64,000 nucleotides of DNA from an uncultured Spirochaetia bacterium (GTDB lineage: Bacteria; Spirochaetota; Spirochaetia; CAZBHR01), in the NCBI GenBank assembly GCA_964492025.1, contig CAZBHR010000001.1, positions 241,603-305,602 of the forward strand, given 5' to 3'. The position numbers were made by a program, and so were the translations under genes. The notes under the pieces were generated by a model that was not told the DNA's origin, did not search any database, and saw nothing but the letters and a program-made list of their open reading frames with translations. Below, piece by piece: positions 9,642 to 18,560 of the stretch. The stretch's first letter is position 1. The number at the start of each line of letters is the position of its first letter.

Positions 9642-11458
9642 TAAATTAAGTTCTCCATAATAAAGTCACGTCGATCAGGGGTGTTCTTACCCATGTAAAA
9701 GCTTAACACCTGATCAATCTCTTTCAAAGACTGTACATCTACAGGAAGAAGCTTTATATCTTCCCCGATAAACTGTCCAAACTCCTTAGGAGATATCTCC
9801 CCTAATCCCTTAAATCGTGTAACCTCAGACCCCCGAAGTGCCGCCATTGCATCATCTCGCTCAGCAATAGAGTAACAGTACCGAGTCTCCTTTTTGTTTC
9901 GCACTCGAAATAACGGAGTTTCAAGAATATACACTCTTCCAGCAACAACTAACTCCTCAAAGTAGCAGAGAAAATAGGTTAACAGAAGATTTCGAATATG
10001 GAATCCGTCGTTATCCGCATCTGTTGCAATAATAACCTTTCCGTATCGTAGCTTATCAATTCCGTGCTCAATCCCTAAAGCCATCATAACATTGTACAGC
10101 TCTTCGTTTTTATAAATAGCGGATTTTGTTTTACCATAGAGATTCTGAGGTTTTCCCTTAAGACTAAAGATGGCTTGAGTCATAACATCTCGAGAGCTTA
10201 CAAGTGAACCAGATGCAGACTGTCCCTCGGTAAGAAAAATAGAGCTCTCTTCAGCTCGCTCATGCTTATCTCCAAGGTGAATTTTACAATCCTTAAGTTT
10301 AGGAATCTTTATACTGATTCGCTTTGCCGCTTCCCTTGCCTCTTTTCGAACAACGTTAAGCTCCTTTCGTAACTTTTCGTTGGTGGCAATCTTGCTTTCT
10401 AACTGTTTAGCAATATCAGTGTTCTTCAGAAGAAAGTCTACTACTGCACTCTTTACATCCTTAACAATCCATCCACGAATTTCTGAGTTACCTAGCTTAT
10501 TCTTTGTCTGACTTTCAAATACAGGATTTTGAAGCTTAATAGATACAGCTCCCGCAATACCCTCTCGAACATCAACACCGTTATAGTTCTTTTTGTAAAA
10601 CTCATTTACACCCTTTAGAAGCCCTTCACGAAAAGCACTCTCATGGGTTCCACCATCATTGGTGTACTGTCCATTTACAAAGGAGAAGTACGTTTCTCCA
10701 TAGGTGTTTGTGTGGGTAAAAGCAATCTCAAGTTTTTCACCTTTGTAATGCCCAATATCATATAACTTAATGTCCGCAACTTCACCCTCAAGGAGATCCA
10801 TAAGTCCATTAGCCGAGTGAAAGGTCTCGCCATTAAAAATAAGTCTGAACCCAGCGTTAAGACATGCGTAGTTCCACATTCGTTGAGCAATAAACTCAAG
10901 GTTGTAGTTGTACTCACCAAAGATTTCTGTATCCGCAATAAACTCAACGTAGGTACCGTTCTCTTCGTCCTTAGCGGTCCCCTTCTTCTGGGATAAGAGC
11001 TTTCCTTGAGAAAATACAGCCTCTGCATATTTACCATCTCGGTACGCAATTACTTTGAAATGGCTGGATAGAGCATTTACTGCTTTTGTACCAACACCAT
11101 TCAATCCTACGGAAAACTGAAATACATCGTCGTTGTACTTTGCTCCTGTATTAATAACAGAAACACACTCAACAATTTTCCCTAGGGGAATTCCTCGCCC
11201 ATAATCACGGATAGTTACTTGTTTATTTTCACCAAGCGTAATATCAAGCTTCTTTCCATGCCCCATGATATACTCATCAATACTGTTATCTACAACCTCT
11301 TTAATGAGAATATAAATACCGTCATTGAAGTTATCACCATTACCCAACCTACCGATATACATACCGGTCCTGAGCCGAATATGTTCTAGGGCACTCAGGG
11401 TCTGGATTTTACTTTCGTCGTAAACAGCGACTTTTTCTTTTTTACTCGTTTTTGCCAT
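9641..11458 (-). CDS. parE: DNA topoisomerase IV subunit B
   Basis: EHIRLRTGMYIG, EVVDNSIDE, DYGRGIP, GLNGVG, TEGQSA, DADNDG (TOPRIM); coupled to parC. Confidence 0.92.
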   Translation of the reverse strand: MAKTSKKEKVAVYDESKIQTLSALEHIRLRTGMYIGRLGNGDNFNDGIYILIKEVVDNSIDEYIMGHGKKLDITLGENKQVTIRDYGRGIPLGKIVECVSVINTGAKYNDDVFQFSVGLNGVGTKAVNALSSHFKVIAYRDGKYAEAVFSQGKLLSQKKGTAKDEENGTYVEFIADTEIFGEYNYNLEFIAQRMWNYACLNAGFRLIFNGETFHSANGLMDLLEGEVADIKLYDIGHYKGEKLEIAFTHTNTYGETYFSFVNGQYTNDGGTHESAFREGLLKGVNEFYKKNYNGVDVREGIAGAVSIKLQNPVFESQTKNKLGNSEIRGWIVKDVKSAVVDFLLKNTDIAKQLESKIATNEKLRKELNVVRKEAREAAKRISIKIPKLKDCKIHLGDKHERAEESSIFLTEGQSASGSLVSSRDVMTQAIFSLKGKPQNLYGKTKSAIYKNEELYNVMMALGIEHGIDKLRYGKVIIATDADNDGFHIRNLLLTYFLCYFEELVVAGRVYILETPLFRVRNKKETRYCYSIAERDDAMAALRGSEVTRFKGLGEISPKEFGQFIGEDIKLLPVDVQSLKEIDQVLSFYMGKNTPDRRDFIMENLI

Positions 11459-11465
11459 AGCACTG

Positions 11466-11494
11466 AGAATAACATATTTCTATCATTTGTTCAA
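11466..11494 (-). promoter_or_regulatory. Promoter of parE-parC, leaderless layout
   Basis: TTGAAC-17 nt-(TGn)TATTCT, then 7 nt to the ATG at 11458; no SD. Confidence 0.6.
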
Positions 11495-11555
11495 ATACTT
11501 AATACTATGGTAAGATATATTTTTCAATCTTTCTATTTACTTATACAGAAAAGAA

Positions 11556-11594
11556 TTGTATATTGACATATATTTATTTTATGTCAATATACAA
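11556..11594. repeat. Perfect 15-bp inverted repeat with a 9-nt spacer
   Basis: TTGTATATTGACATA (11556-11570), then TATTTATTT, then TATGTCAATATACAA (11580-11594). Confidence 0.9.
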
Positions 11595-11612
11595 GAGTTT
11601 AAAGAAGAATTC

Positions 11613-12878
11613 TTAGGAAATTCTACCGTATATATCACCAATTATTTCAGATAGCTGTTTATCTGGAATACCACAGGTTATAGAGCTACCTCCGCCATAG
11701 GAAAGAGCAAAAACTCCATGCTTCTCCATAAGATCTGAGGAGAAAATACCAACAGTGCTAGGAGTTATTCCCTCTCCCACAACAGAAAGAATAGCTACCT
11801 TATCCCGAAGAGTTACTCCCTCTACTCCTAGGGAGTTTAACTTTCGTATATCTACTACATCGCCCTTAAGAACAACTGTAAGATCATCTCCACTCTCCAC
11901 ATTGAGAGCAATCTCTCCACATTCAGATAGATACGATAACACCTTATTTCTAAGATTCTTAGATTTATTAAGCATCACATGATGTACGTGTACTGACGTA
12001 TAACCACCCTCTCCAGCAACACCTACAATAGGCTGAGAACTACAATCTCGGTCTAACATAATATGTGTTCCATGATCCTCAGGGGCATTGGTATTTTTGA
12101 TATGAATGGGAATTCCTTGGCTTCTCACAGGCTGCACCGCCTCTTCATGAAATACAGAGGCTCCAACTAGAGCCAGTTCCCGTAGCTCTCGAAAGGTCAT
12201 TTCACTATTGATTTTGGGATTTTTTACTATTCCCGGGTGAGCCATCATGACCCCAGACACATCGGTCCAGTTTTCATAACACTCAGCCTTAACAGAGCGT
12301 GCAACAATAGACCCTGTAATATCAGATCCTCCTCGGGAGAATGTTTTGATATTTCCATCAATATCGGAACCATAAAAACCGGGAATTACCGCAAAATCAA
12401 TACCCTTAAGAGCTTCTGCCATCTGCTTATAGCTGCACTCTTCTACCCTTCCATCATGGGATATCTCAATAATTCCTCGGGGTTCTATGTAAGTTGCACC
12501 AAAAAAATCTGCGATAATTTTTCCATTCAGAAACTCACCTCGAGAGGCAGCGTAGTCTCTATTAGCTCCAGCCAACAGATCCTTAGTAATCTCCTCTAAG
12601 GCTTGTTCTACCATTTGAGTATCAACACCTAACTCTTTTGCAAGGGTAAGAAACCTTTGGGAAATCTCCGACTCATACTCTTGGTAAGGGAGTTTTTGTT
12701 CAATGGCACCTTGCAGTGCGTACAACAGGTCAGTAACTTTTGTATCCTCAGCTGTTCGCTTACCTGGTGCAGAAACAACAATATACGTACGAGAACTATC
12801 CTGCTGAATAATCTCTTTTACCTTTTTTATCTGTCCACTATCAGCTAAGGATGATCCTCCAAATTTACAAACCTTCAT
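11613..12878 (-). CDS. lysC: Aspartate kinase
   Basis: KFGGSSL, VVSAPG, SRGE, TFSRGGSD, WTDVSG; C-terminal ACT-like region. Confidence 0.92.
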   Translation of the reverse strand: MKVCKFGGSSLADSGQIKKVKEIIQQDSSRTYIVVSAPGKRTAEDTKVTDLLYALQGAIEQKLPYQEYESEISQRFLTLAKELGVDTQMVEQALEEITKDLLAGANRDYAASRGEFLNGKIIADFFGATYIEPRGIIEISHDGRVEECSYKQMAEALKGIDFAVIPGFYGSDIDGNIKTFSRGGSDITGSIVARSVKAECYENWTDVSGVMMAHPGIVKNPKINSEMTFRELRELALVGASVFHEEAVQPVRSQGIPIHIKNTNAPEDHGTHIMLDRDCSSQPIVGVAGEGGYTSVHVHHVMLNKSKNLRNKVLSYLSECGEIALNVESGDDLTVVLKGDVVDIRKLNSLGVEGVTLRDKVAILSVVGEGITPSTVGIFSSDLMEKHGVFALSYGGGSSITCGIPDKQLSEIIGDIYGRIS

Positions 12879-12986
12879 ACTACTCCTCCTATCATGTTTC
12901 TATTGATGAAATCATAAAGATTCCTAATACCGGTGTCAAACCCTTAAAGCATAAGAAATTAAGAAGACCTGAGGTTCATCTATATT

Positions 12987-14282
12987 TTAAGGGATAAAAA
13001 GGCATAACTCTTCAAAAAATTGATACCATCCACTCTCTTTGGCGATTCTTAGCATTTTATACCCCTGATCAAAGGAGTATAACTTAAATCTATTAAGATC
13101 ATAGGGAAAATTCAAAGAGAGCCCATGCAGAGGATTAGTTCCCTGGGAACTAAATATACCCAGAGCTTTATGAGAAATAATTGCCCTATCTAATGCCCCA
13201 AGCAGCTCCTCAATAAGGCTGTTTAATGAATTTTCTAGAATATTTGAGTTTTTCAACTCGGTAAAAAAATCCACCATATCAATATACTCATACATAGGTA
13301 TATTAGAAGTAGCATCAGACACAGGATTAGAACTAGAGGTTTTGTTTTTACGTATATCTTTTATCCCTTTCTTCTTGTCAGCTGGCAAGAGTACAATCTC
13401 CTCAACAACTTGGGTAAACAGTGGTATAACCTCACTCTCTAGGAGGTCAAGGGATAAGGCTCCGTAGCTTGTATTCCATGGAGTACTTTCGTAGATACTA
13501 TAAAAGTGGTCTACCACGTATGCTGCAACCTCATTCAACTCTGCTTCTGGATAGCTGTTGAGATATCGCAATAGATCGGTATACTGATTTCCTCTAACAG
13601 AAGTAAGTGTTTGAGAGCCTGTTAGTACATGGGCAACTCCAGAAAGTTCCCACCCTATTTCAAACATCTGCATCAAACAAGCATCCATGTTCAAAATATC
13701 AATTTTACCTGCCCCTTTTGCCGGAGTAAGAGCTTCTGCTATTTCATCGGTTAATAACATATCCCATACAGACTGCCCTGTAGTCTGATCTACACCAATA
13801 CCACGAGTATCAGCTGATCGAGGATACACCCCTGTTCCGTGATTCCAAATAGTAAGGAAGGTTCTTTTTGCTGGATAATTCGTATTACAGAAATCCACAA
13901 AATCTGAAAGAGTCTGAGGATCTGACATATCTAACTCACCATAATCTTTAAGAAGCTCTGATATAATAACCTTTGAATTTCTTATATCTCTTTTCACTCT
14001 ATAAAGTCTTGTTGTAGTCCAATCATCATTAGAGGTATCATATTTCGGAGAACGATCAAAGAGCACAAGAATATTTACTTTTGCGGTAGATCCAATAACC
14101 TCCATCTCTTTCAAATCAGCTATTCCATAGGATTCTAGGTTATTATCAGCAGCCATGTACACCAGAAAATTCCACTCAAACTCACCAGATATGGGCATAT
14201 CAATAGGTGGAGGTGGATCCACTGGGCGACACCCCCAAATAAGAGGTAGCATTATAACAAGTACAAGCAGAATGCGTTTCAT
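12987..14282 (-). CDS. Clostripain-family (C11) cysteine peptidase, lipoprotein
   Basis: Start moved to MKRILLV at 14282, with lipobox IWGC. Motifs FLVYMAADNNLE, DMSDPQTLSDF, WNHG (His) and DACLM (Cys). Confidence 0.88.
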   Translation of the reverse strand: MKRILLVLVIMLPLIWGCRPVDPPPPIDMPISGEFEWNFLVYMAADNNLESYGIADLKEMEVIGSTAKVNILVLFDRSPKYDTSNDDWTTTRLYRVKRDIRNSKVIISELLKDYGELDMSDPQTLSDFVDFCNTNYPAKRTFLTIWNHGTGVYPRSADTRGIGVDQTTGQSVWDMLLTDEIAEALTPAKGAGKIDILNMDACLMQMFEIGWELSGVAHVLTGSQTLTSVRGNQYTDLLRYLNSYPEAELNEVAAYVVDHFYSIYESTPWNTSYGALSLDLLESEVIPLFTQVVEEIVLLPADKKKGIKDIRKNKTSSSNPVSDATSNIPMYEYIDMVDFFTELKNSNILENSLNSLIEELLGALDRAIISHKALGIFSSQGTNPLHGLSLNFPYDLNRFKLYSFDQGYKMLRIAKESGWYQFFEELCLFIP

Positions 14283-14288
14283 ACATAT

Positions 14289-14317
14289 AGTATGATTTAT
14301 GAGGAGTGAAAAGTCAA
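14289..14317 (-). promoter_or_regulatory. Promoter of the clostripain gene, leaderless layout
   Basis: TTGACT-17 nt-CATACT, then 6 nt to the ATG at 14282. Confidence 0.55.
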
Positions 14318-14384
14318 TCTGAGAGGAGAAGTTCTGAAGAAGATATCTCTTGTGTATAAAAGCAGTAGAGATTTTTTTCATTTC

Positions 14385-14413
14385 TTGTAACATAAGAGAT
14401 ATTAGGGTATATT
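14385..14413 (+). promoter_or_regulatory. Promoter of rpoN, leaderless layout
   Basis: TTGTAA-17 nt-TATATT, then 7 nt to the ATG at 14421; no SD. Confidence 0.55.
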
Positions 14414-14420
14414 ATAAACA

Positions 14421-15776
14421 ATGATTGATATGAAGCAGAGCTTAGCTCTTAGGCAGAAGCAAAAATTAACGCCTCAACTCATTCAAACTATGGGTCTTAT
14501 TGCTCAAAATAGTATTGAGTTACAGGAGTATATTGCCCATGCTATAGAGTCAAACCCCGCACTTCGTATTCAAAATAGTAAAAGTGAATCCTTTGATGAA
14601 CTCACCTCAAAAGATGCACAATCCCACACGCACGAGCTGGATGATTACGCATATACTAGTTACCAACCATCAAAAGAGTCTCTCCACCATCAGATTATTG
14701 AGGGAACTCTGAGTCAAGCAGAGTCGTTGCAAGACCACCTGCTCATGCAACTTCATATGCAACAACTCACTCCAGAGGAGCTTGCTCTGGGAGATACGAT
14801 TATTCAGAACCTTGATGACCACGGTTTTCATAGAGAGCCCCTACATCTGATTGTTTCAGAACATCTTAACCATAAAGTGGAAAAGCTTCTTTTTATTATT
14901 CAAAGACTAGACCCTGTGGGAACCGGAGTTACCGATGTACAGGAGTCTTTAGAGGTGCAAGCAAAAGAGTTTGGTCTATCAGATTTAGCAGTAACCCTTA
15001 TACAGGAACACCTCTATGATATCCACATGGGAAACCTTGATAAAACTGCAAAGGAACTCGATATACCTCTTCAAGAGCTAGATTTGGCAATTGTGGAGAT
15101 TCAGCAGCTTACCCCCTACCCTGGGATTGAGTTCTTTAAGGGATCTACAAATTATGTAGCCCCAGACTTAGAGGTTCTAAGAGAGGGAGAAAAGCTTTCA
15201 CTGATTCTTCGGGATGATCAAATTCCCTCTATTGAGCTAGATCCTGACTTCTTAGTGCTATCTGAAGAGACTGAAGATAAGGATACCTCTACCTACATAA
15301 AAAAACAGATCTCCGAAGCGGAGCAACTTATGCAGATGATAGACCTGAGAAACATCTCTCTCATGAAGGTGGGAGGGGAACTCCTAGAAAAGCAACAACA
15401 GTTTTTTTTACAAGGAACAAAACATCTTGTAGCACTCACACAAAAAGAGGTTGCAGAGAGCTTGGACCTCAGTGATTCTACTATATCAAGAATTGCGAAT
15501 GGGAAGTATATCCAAACAGAGTGGGGACTATTCCCTATCAAATACTTCTTTACTAGTAGCCTGACACACAATACAAACCAAGGAGAAAAAAGCTTATCAA
15601 GAGAGAGTATAAAAGTGATTATCTCCGAAATTATTGAAGAACAGGATGGAAAGAAGAGACTTTCCGACGAAAAAATAAGAACGGCTCTTCAGGCTAAGGG
15701 AATTACCATAGCCCGAAGAACCGTCGCAAAATATCGAAATGAATTAGCTATTGAATCTTCATTTGACAGACACTAG
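14421..15776 (+). CDS. rpoN: RNA polymerase sigma-54 factor
   Basis: Gln/Leu-rich region I, LDPVGTG, STISRIANGKY and the RpoN box ARRTVAKYR. Confidence 0.95.
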   Translation: MIDMKQSLALRQKQKLTPQLIQTMGLIAQNSIELQEYIAHAIESNPALRIQNSKSESFDELTSKDAQSHTHELDDYAYTSYQPSKESLHHQIIEGTLSQAESLQDHLLMQLHMQQLTPEELALGDTIIQNLDDHGFHREPLHLIVSEHLNHKVEKLLFIIQRLDPVGTGVTDVQESLEVQAKEFGLSDLAVTLIQEHLYDIHMGNLDKTAKELDIPLQELDLAIVEIQQLTPYPGIEFFKGSTNYVAPDLEVLREGEKLSLILRDDQIPSIELDPDFLVLSEETEDKDTSTYIKKQISEAEQLMQMIDLRNISLMKVGGELLEKQQQFFLQGTKHLVALTQKEVAESLDLSDSTISRIANGKYIQTEWGLFPIKYFFTSSLTHNTNQGEKSLSRESIKVIISEIIEEQDGKKRLSDEKIRTALQAKGITIARRTVAKYRNELAIESSFDRH

Positions 15777-16105
15777 TCTTGGTAGTGTCCTTCAAGTGAA
15801 TCGCTATGCTTTCCATGATGCTCTTGTAACTTATCCTTCACCTTTCGAAGCTTTCCCTCATACTTATCAAACACCTGCTCAATTGCAGGGTATAACTCAT
15901 GAGCATCCGCAGAAACCACGATATCATTTTTACCATCTATATGACTCTTAATCTCCACACTGTACCCGTGAGACTCTTTTGTAATTGTCATGTTTCGCTG
16001 ACGTACAAAACTTCTTGCGAACTCAACTCGCTGACTCTTCTTCTCAATAAAATCCTTAGTTGTATCTGTAACATGGTAGTGAACACCGGTAATAGTTATT
16101 TCCAT
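15773..16105 (-). CDS. hpf: Ribosome hibernation-promoting factor (HPF/RaiA)
   Basis: MEITITGVHYHVTDTTKDFIEKK and ELYPAIEQVFDKYEGKLRKVKDK pattern. Confidence 0.85.
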   Translation of the reverse strand: MEITITGVHYHVTDTTKDFIEKKSQRVEFARSFVRQRNMTITKESHGYSVEIKSHIDGKNDIVVSADAHELYPAIEQVFDKYEGKLRKVKDKLQEHHGKHSDSLEGHYQD

Positions 16106-16132
16106 ACATCCTCCCTTTTATATTATAATATA

Positions 16133-16161
16133 AGGATACTCGGAGCTTTCAGTTTTGTCAA
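16133..16161 (-). promoter_or_regulatory. Sigma70-type promoter of hpf
   Basis: TTGACA-17 nt-TATCCT upstream of SD GGAGG. Confidence 0.55.
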
Positions 16162-16288
16162 TTAAAATATGAATAATATGTTCTTGAAATAGTGTGCTAC
16201 CATGAAGAACTATATGACACATTCAGAAACTCCCTACTTACATACATGAAAGGTTTCATCCCTATAAGAGACAGAGTCTCTCACAAAT

Positions 16289-16320
16289 AAAAAAAGGGAC
16301 ACCCTAAAGGTGCCCCTTAA
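16289..16320 (-). terminator. Intrinsic terminator
   Basis: Minus strand: AAGGGGCACC-tttag-GGTGTCCCTT (one G-U pair) followed by a T-run. Confidence 0.75.
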
Positions 16321-16326
16321 CTCTGT

Positions 16327-16845
16327 TTACAACTCATATTGAACCTTACCTCCTAAGAATATTCGAATATCCTTAATATCTTGGGATTCAAAATTACTTA
16401 TACCTGCCATAGGGTACTTACCTACAACATACACAGTAAAAACAAAGTCAGAAATCTGAACAGAGAGTCCAGCCTCTCCTACCGCATCAAGGTAAATTCC
16501 TTTTAGGGTAAACTGATCATTACTATCATAGTACCCAGATGCTCCAACTCCAATAAAAGGGCCAAAAAGACCTTTTCCTGTTAAACCCGTGGTGAGCCGA
16601 CCTTCAAAAAATGATCCACTTCCCACCTCATACAGTACGGTTGTTGAGAGATACAAAGGTCCATAGAGGAAGGCCGCAACCCCTCCAATGGTAGCACTCT
16701 CAAAACTATCACCTCCTAGGGTGAAAGACTCATCCAGAATCTTTGTGGACTCAGCGGCAACTCCAAGTCGAAAATTATAGGACTTAGCGTAAAGACCACT
16801 AGATATAAAAACTAAGGCCATAAGAACTATTACAAACTTTTTCAT
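16327..16845 (-). CDS. Hypothetical exported protein, probable small outer-membrane beta-barrel
   Basis: Signal peptide MKKFVIVLMALVFISSGLYA; Gly/aromatic-rich alternating strands; ends GGKVQYEL. Confidence 0.55.
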   Translation of the reverse strand: MKKFVIVLMALVFISSGLYAKSYNFRLGVAAESTKILDESFTLGGDSFESATIGGVAAFLYGPLYLSTTVLYEVGSGSFFEGRLTTGLTGKGLFGPFIGVGASGYYDSNDQFTLKGIYLDAVGEAGLSVQISDFVFTVYVVGKYPMAGISNFESQDIKDIRIFLGGKVQYEL

Positions 16846-16945
16846 AATACCACCTCCATACCCTTATTATACAGCACCTAACTGAGCTGCCGTCAAGTCG
16901 GATTTTATGAAAAATTGAAAATAGTAAAAGTTATATTTTTCACAG

Positions 16946-18058
16946 CTACCTAAGATTTTCTGGGTTTAGGCAATCAAGTTCAGGAAGTACAAACCGTCCA
17001 TCTTTTCGAATCAGCACATCATCAAAGTAGATCTCTCCACCCCCATACTCTTCTGTCTGAATCACCACAAGATCCCAGTGGACAGAAGATCTATTTCCAT
17101 TATCCGCATTTTCATACGCTTCTCCTGGAGTGAAGTGAAAACTCCCCATAATTTTTTCATCAAAAAGAGTATCCTTCATAGGGTTAAGAATAAAAGGGTT
17201 TACACCAATAGCAAACTCCCCTACGTAGCGAGCACCCTCATCGGTATTAAATATTTGGTTAATTCTTTCAGTGTCATTAGCTGTGGCATGTACTATTTTA
17301 CCATCCTTGAAAGTTAGCTCCACATCTTCGTATGTGAACCCTTGATATACCGCAGGAGTATTGTACCGTATAGTTCCCTGAATAGAGTCTTTTACTGGTG
17401 CTGTATAGATCTCTCCATCTGGAATATTAAGCTCCCCTGCACAAATAACTGCGGGAATACCCTTAATAGAAAAGGTAAGGTCTGTTCCCTCTCCTACAAT
17501 ACGTACCTTATCAGTTTTCTCCATGAGAGCTTTAAGAGGCTCCATGGCAGCCCCCATCTTAGAGTAGTCCATAGTACATACATCAAAGTAGAAGTTTTCA
17601 AAGCTCTCCAAACTGGTACTAGCAAGTTGTGCCATACTGGCATTGGGGTATCGAAGCACTACCCATCTAGTATGATCAACACGCCTGTTAGTAACAGGCA
17701 TTCTATGTAGGCTCATATAGTCTTGCATAGTACTACCTGGGATATCTGCCATCTCATTCACGTTAGAAGCACCTCGAATACCTATAAAGCAGTCCATTCT
17801 CTTCATCTGATCAAGCTCATACTCCGCAGATCGCCGGAACACCTCGGGATTCCCACCAAGAACTAACTCACGAGAAATTCGTTCGTCCCGTAGCTCTACG
17901 TATGGACAGCCCCCAGAGGCGTACACCTCTTTTACCAACTCTCTAGCAAGCTCTCTTGACTCATCTCCAGATATCTCAATAAGTACATTCTCACCTTCCT
18001 GAACTTTAAGCGAGTACCGCACTAACACTTTTGCTAGCTCTTTTATACGTGGATCCAT
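16946..18058 (-). CDS. Aminopeptidase, M29 (AmpS/PepS) family
   Basis: NIPDGEIYTAP, GEFAIG, LFDEKIMGSFH, SSVHWDLV. Confidence 0.92.
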   Translation of the reverse strand: MDPRIKELAKVLVRYSLKVQEGENVLIEISGDESRELARELVKEVYASGGCPYVELRDERISRELVLGGNPEVFRRSAEYELDQMKRMDCFIGIRGASNVNEMADIPGSTMQDYMSLHRMPVTNRRVDHTRWVVLRYPNASMAQLASTSLESFENFYFDVCTMDYSKMGAAMEPLKALMEKTDKVRIVGEGTDLTFSIKGIPAVICAGELNIPDGEIYTAPVKDSIQGTIRYNTPAVYQGFTYEDVELTFKDGKIVHATANDTERINQIFNTDEGARYVGEFAIGVNPFILNPMKDTLFDEKIMGSFHFTPGEAYENADNGNRSSVHWDLVVIQTEEYGGGEIYFDDVLIRKDGRFVLPELDCLNPENLR

Positions 18059-18076
18059 TAGAATCTCCTTTTACCC

Positions 18077-18559
18077 TTATGGGGTTAATAATTTTATTTG
18101 ATTCTCCCACATAGGGTATAGGGATGTCAACTCTTTTTTTGAGATAAGTTCAAATCCTTTAAAATGGAACCCCGGAGTCATAGTAGTACCAAGAAGTGTC
18201 CAAGACCCTAATGGGCGTAATCCTTGTATATACCCAGCGGGAACAACAAACTGAGGAACCTCTCCTTTGGAAAGATTATTTCCCAGTATAATTTCTCTTG
18301 GAGTTTCTCCACTCCCCTCTGGTGGAAAGATAGTAAGCACCCCTGGATCTCCAGCATAAAAGTGATACACCTCATCGGCATCTAGTCTATGGGGCAGTGA
18401 CCAACCTCCTGGCTGATTTGTCATAAGATAGTAAATAGCACTGCCTAAGGATCTTTCGTTCTGCAAAAATCCCTTAACATGCCAAGTCTCTCGATAATAT
18501 CCCCCTTCATCGGGAAGGGGGATAAGTTGTAGTTTTTTTATAACCTCTTCAGCTGTCAA
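18077..18559 (-). CDS. Cupin-domain protein (DUF985-like)
   Basis: PLPDEGGYYRET, SAIYYL, HRLDADEVYHFYAGDP, MTPGFHF; TTG start directly after the gdhA stop. Confidence 0.85.
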   Translation of the reverse strand: MTAEEVIKKLQLIPLPDEGGYYRETWHVKGFLQNERSLGSAIYYLMTNQPGGWSLPHRLDADEVYHFYAGDPGVLTIFPPEGSGETPREIILGNNLSKGEVPQFVVPAGYIQGLRPLGSWTLLGTTMTPGFHFKGFELISKKELTSLYPMWENQIKLLTP

Positions 18560-18560
18560 C

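Noticed and set aside
12879-12986. Lysine riboswitch upstream of lysC
   Set aside because: The intergenic region is only 108 bp, too short, and lacks the conserved motifs
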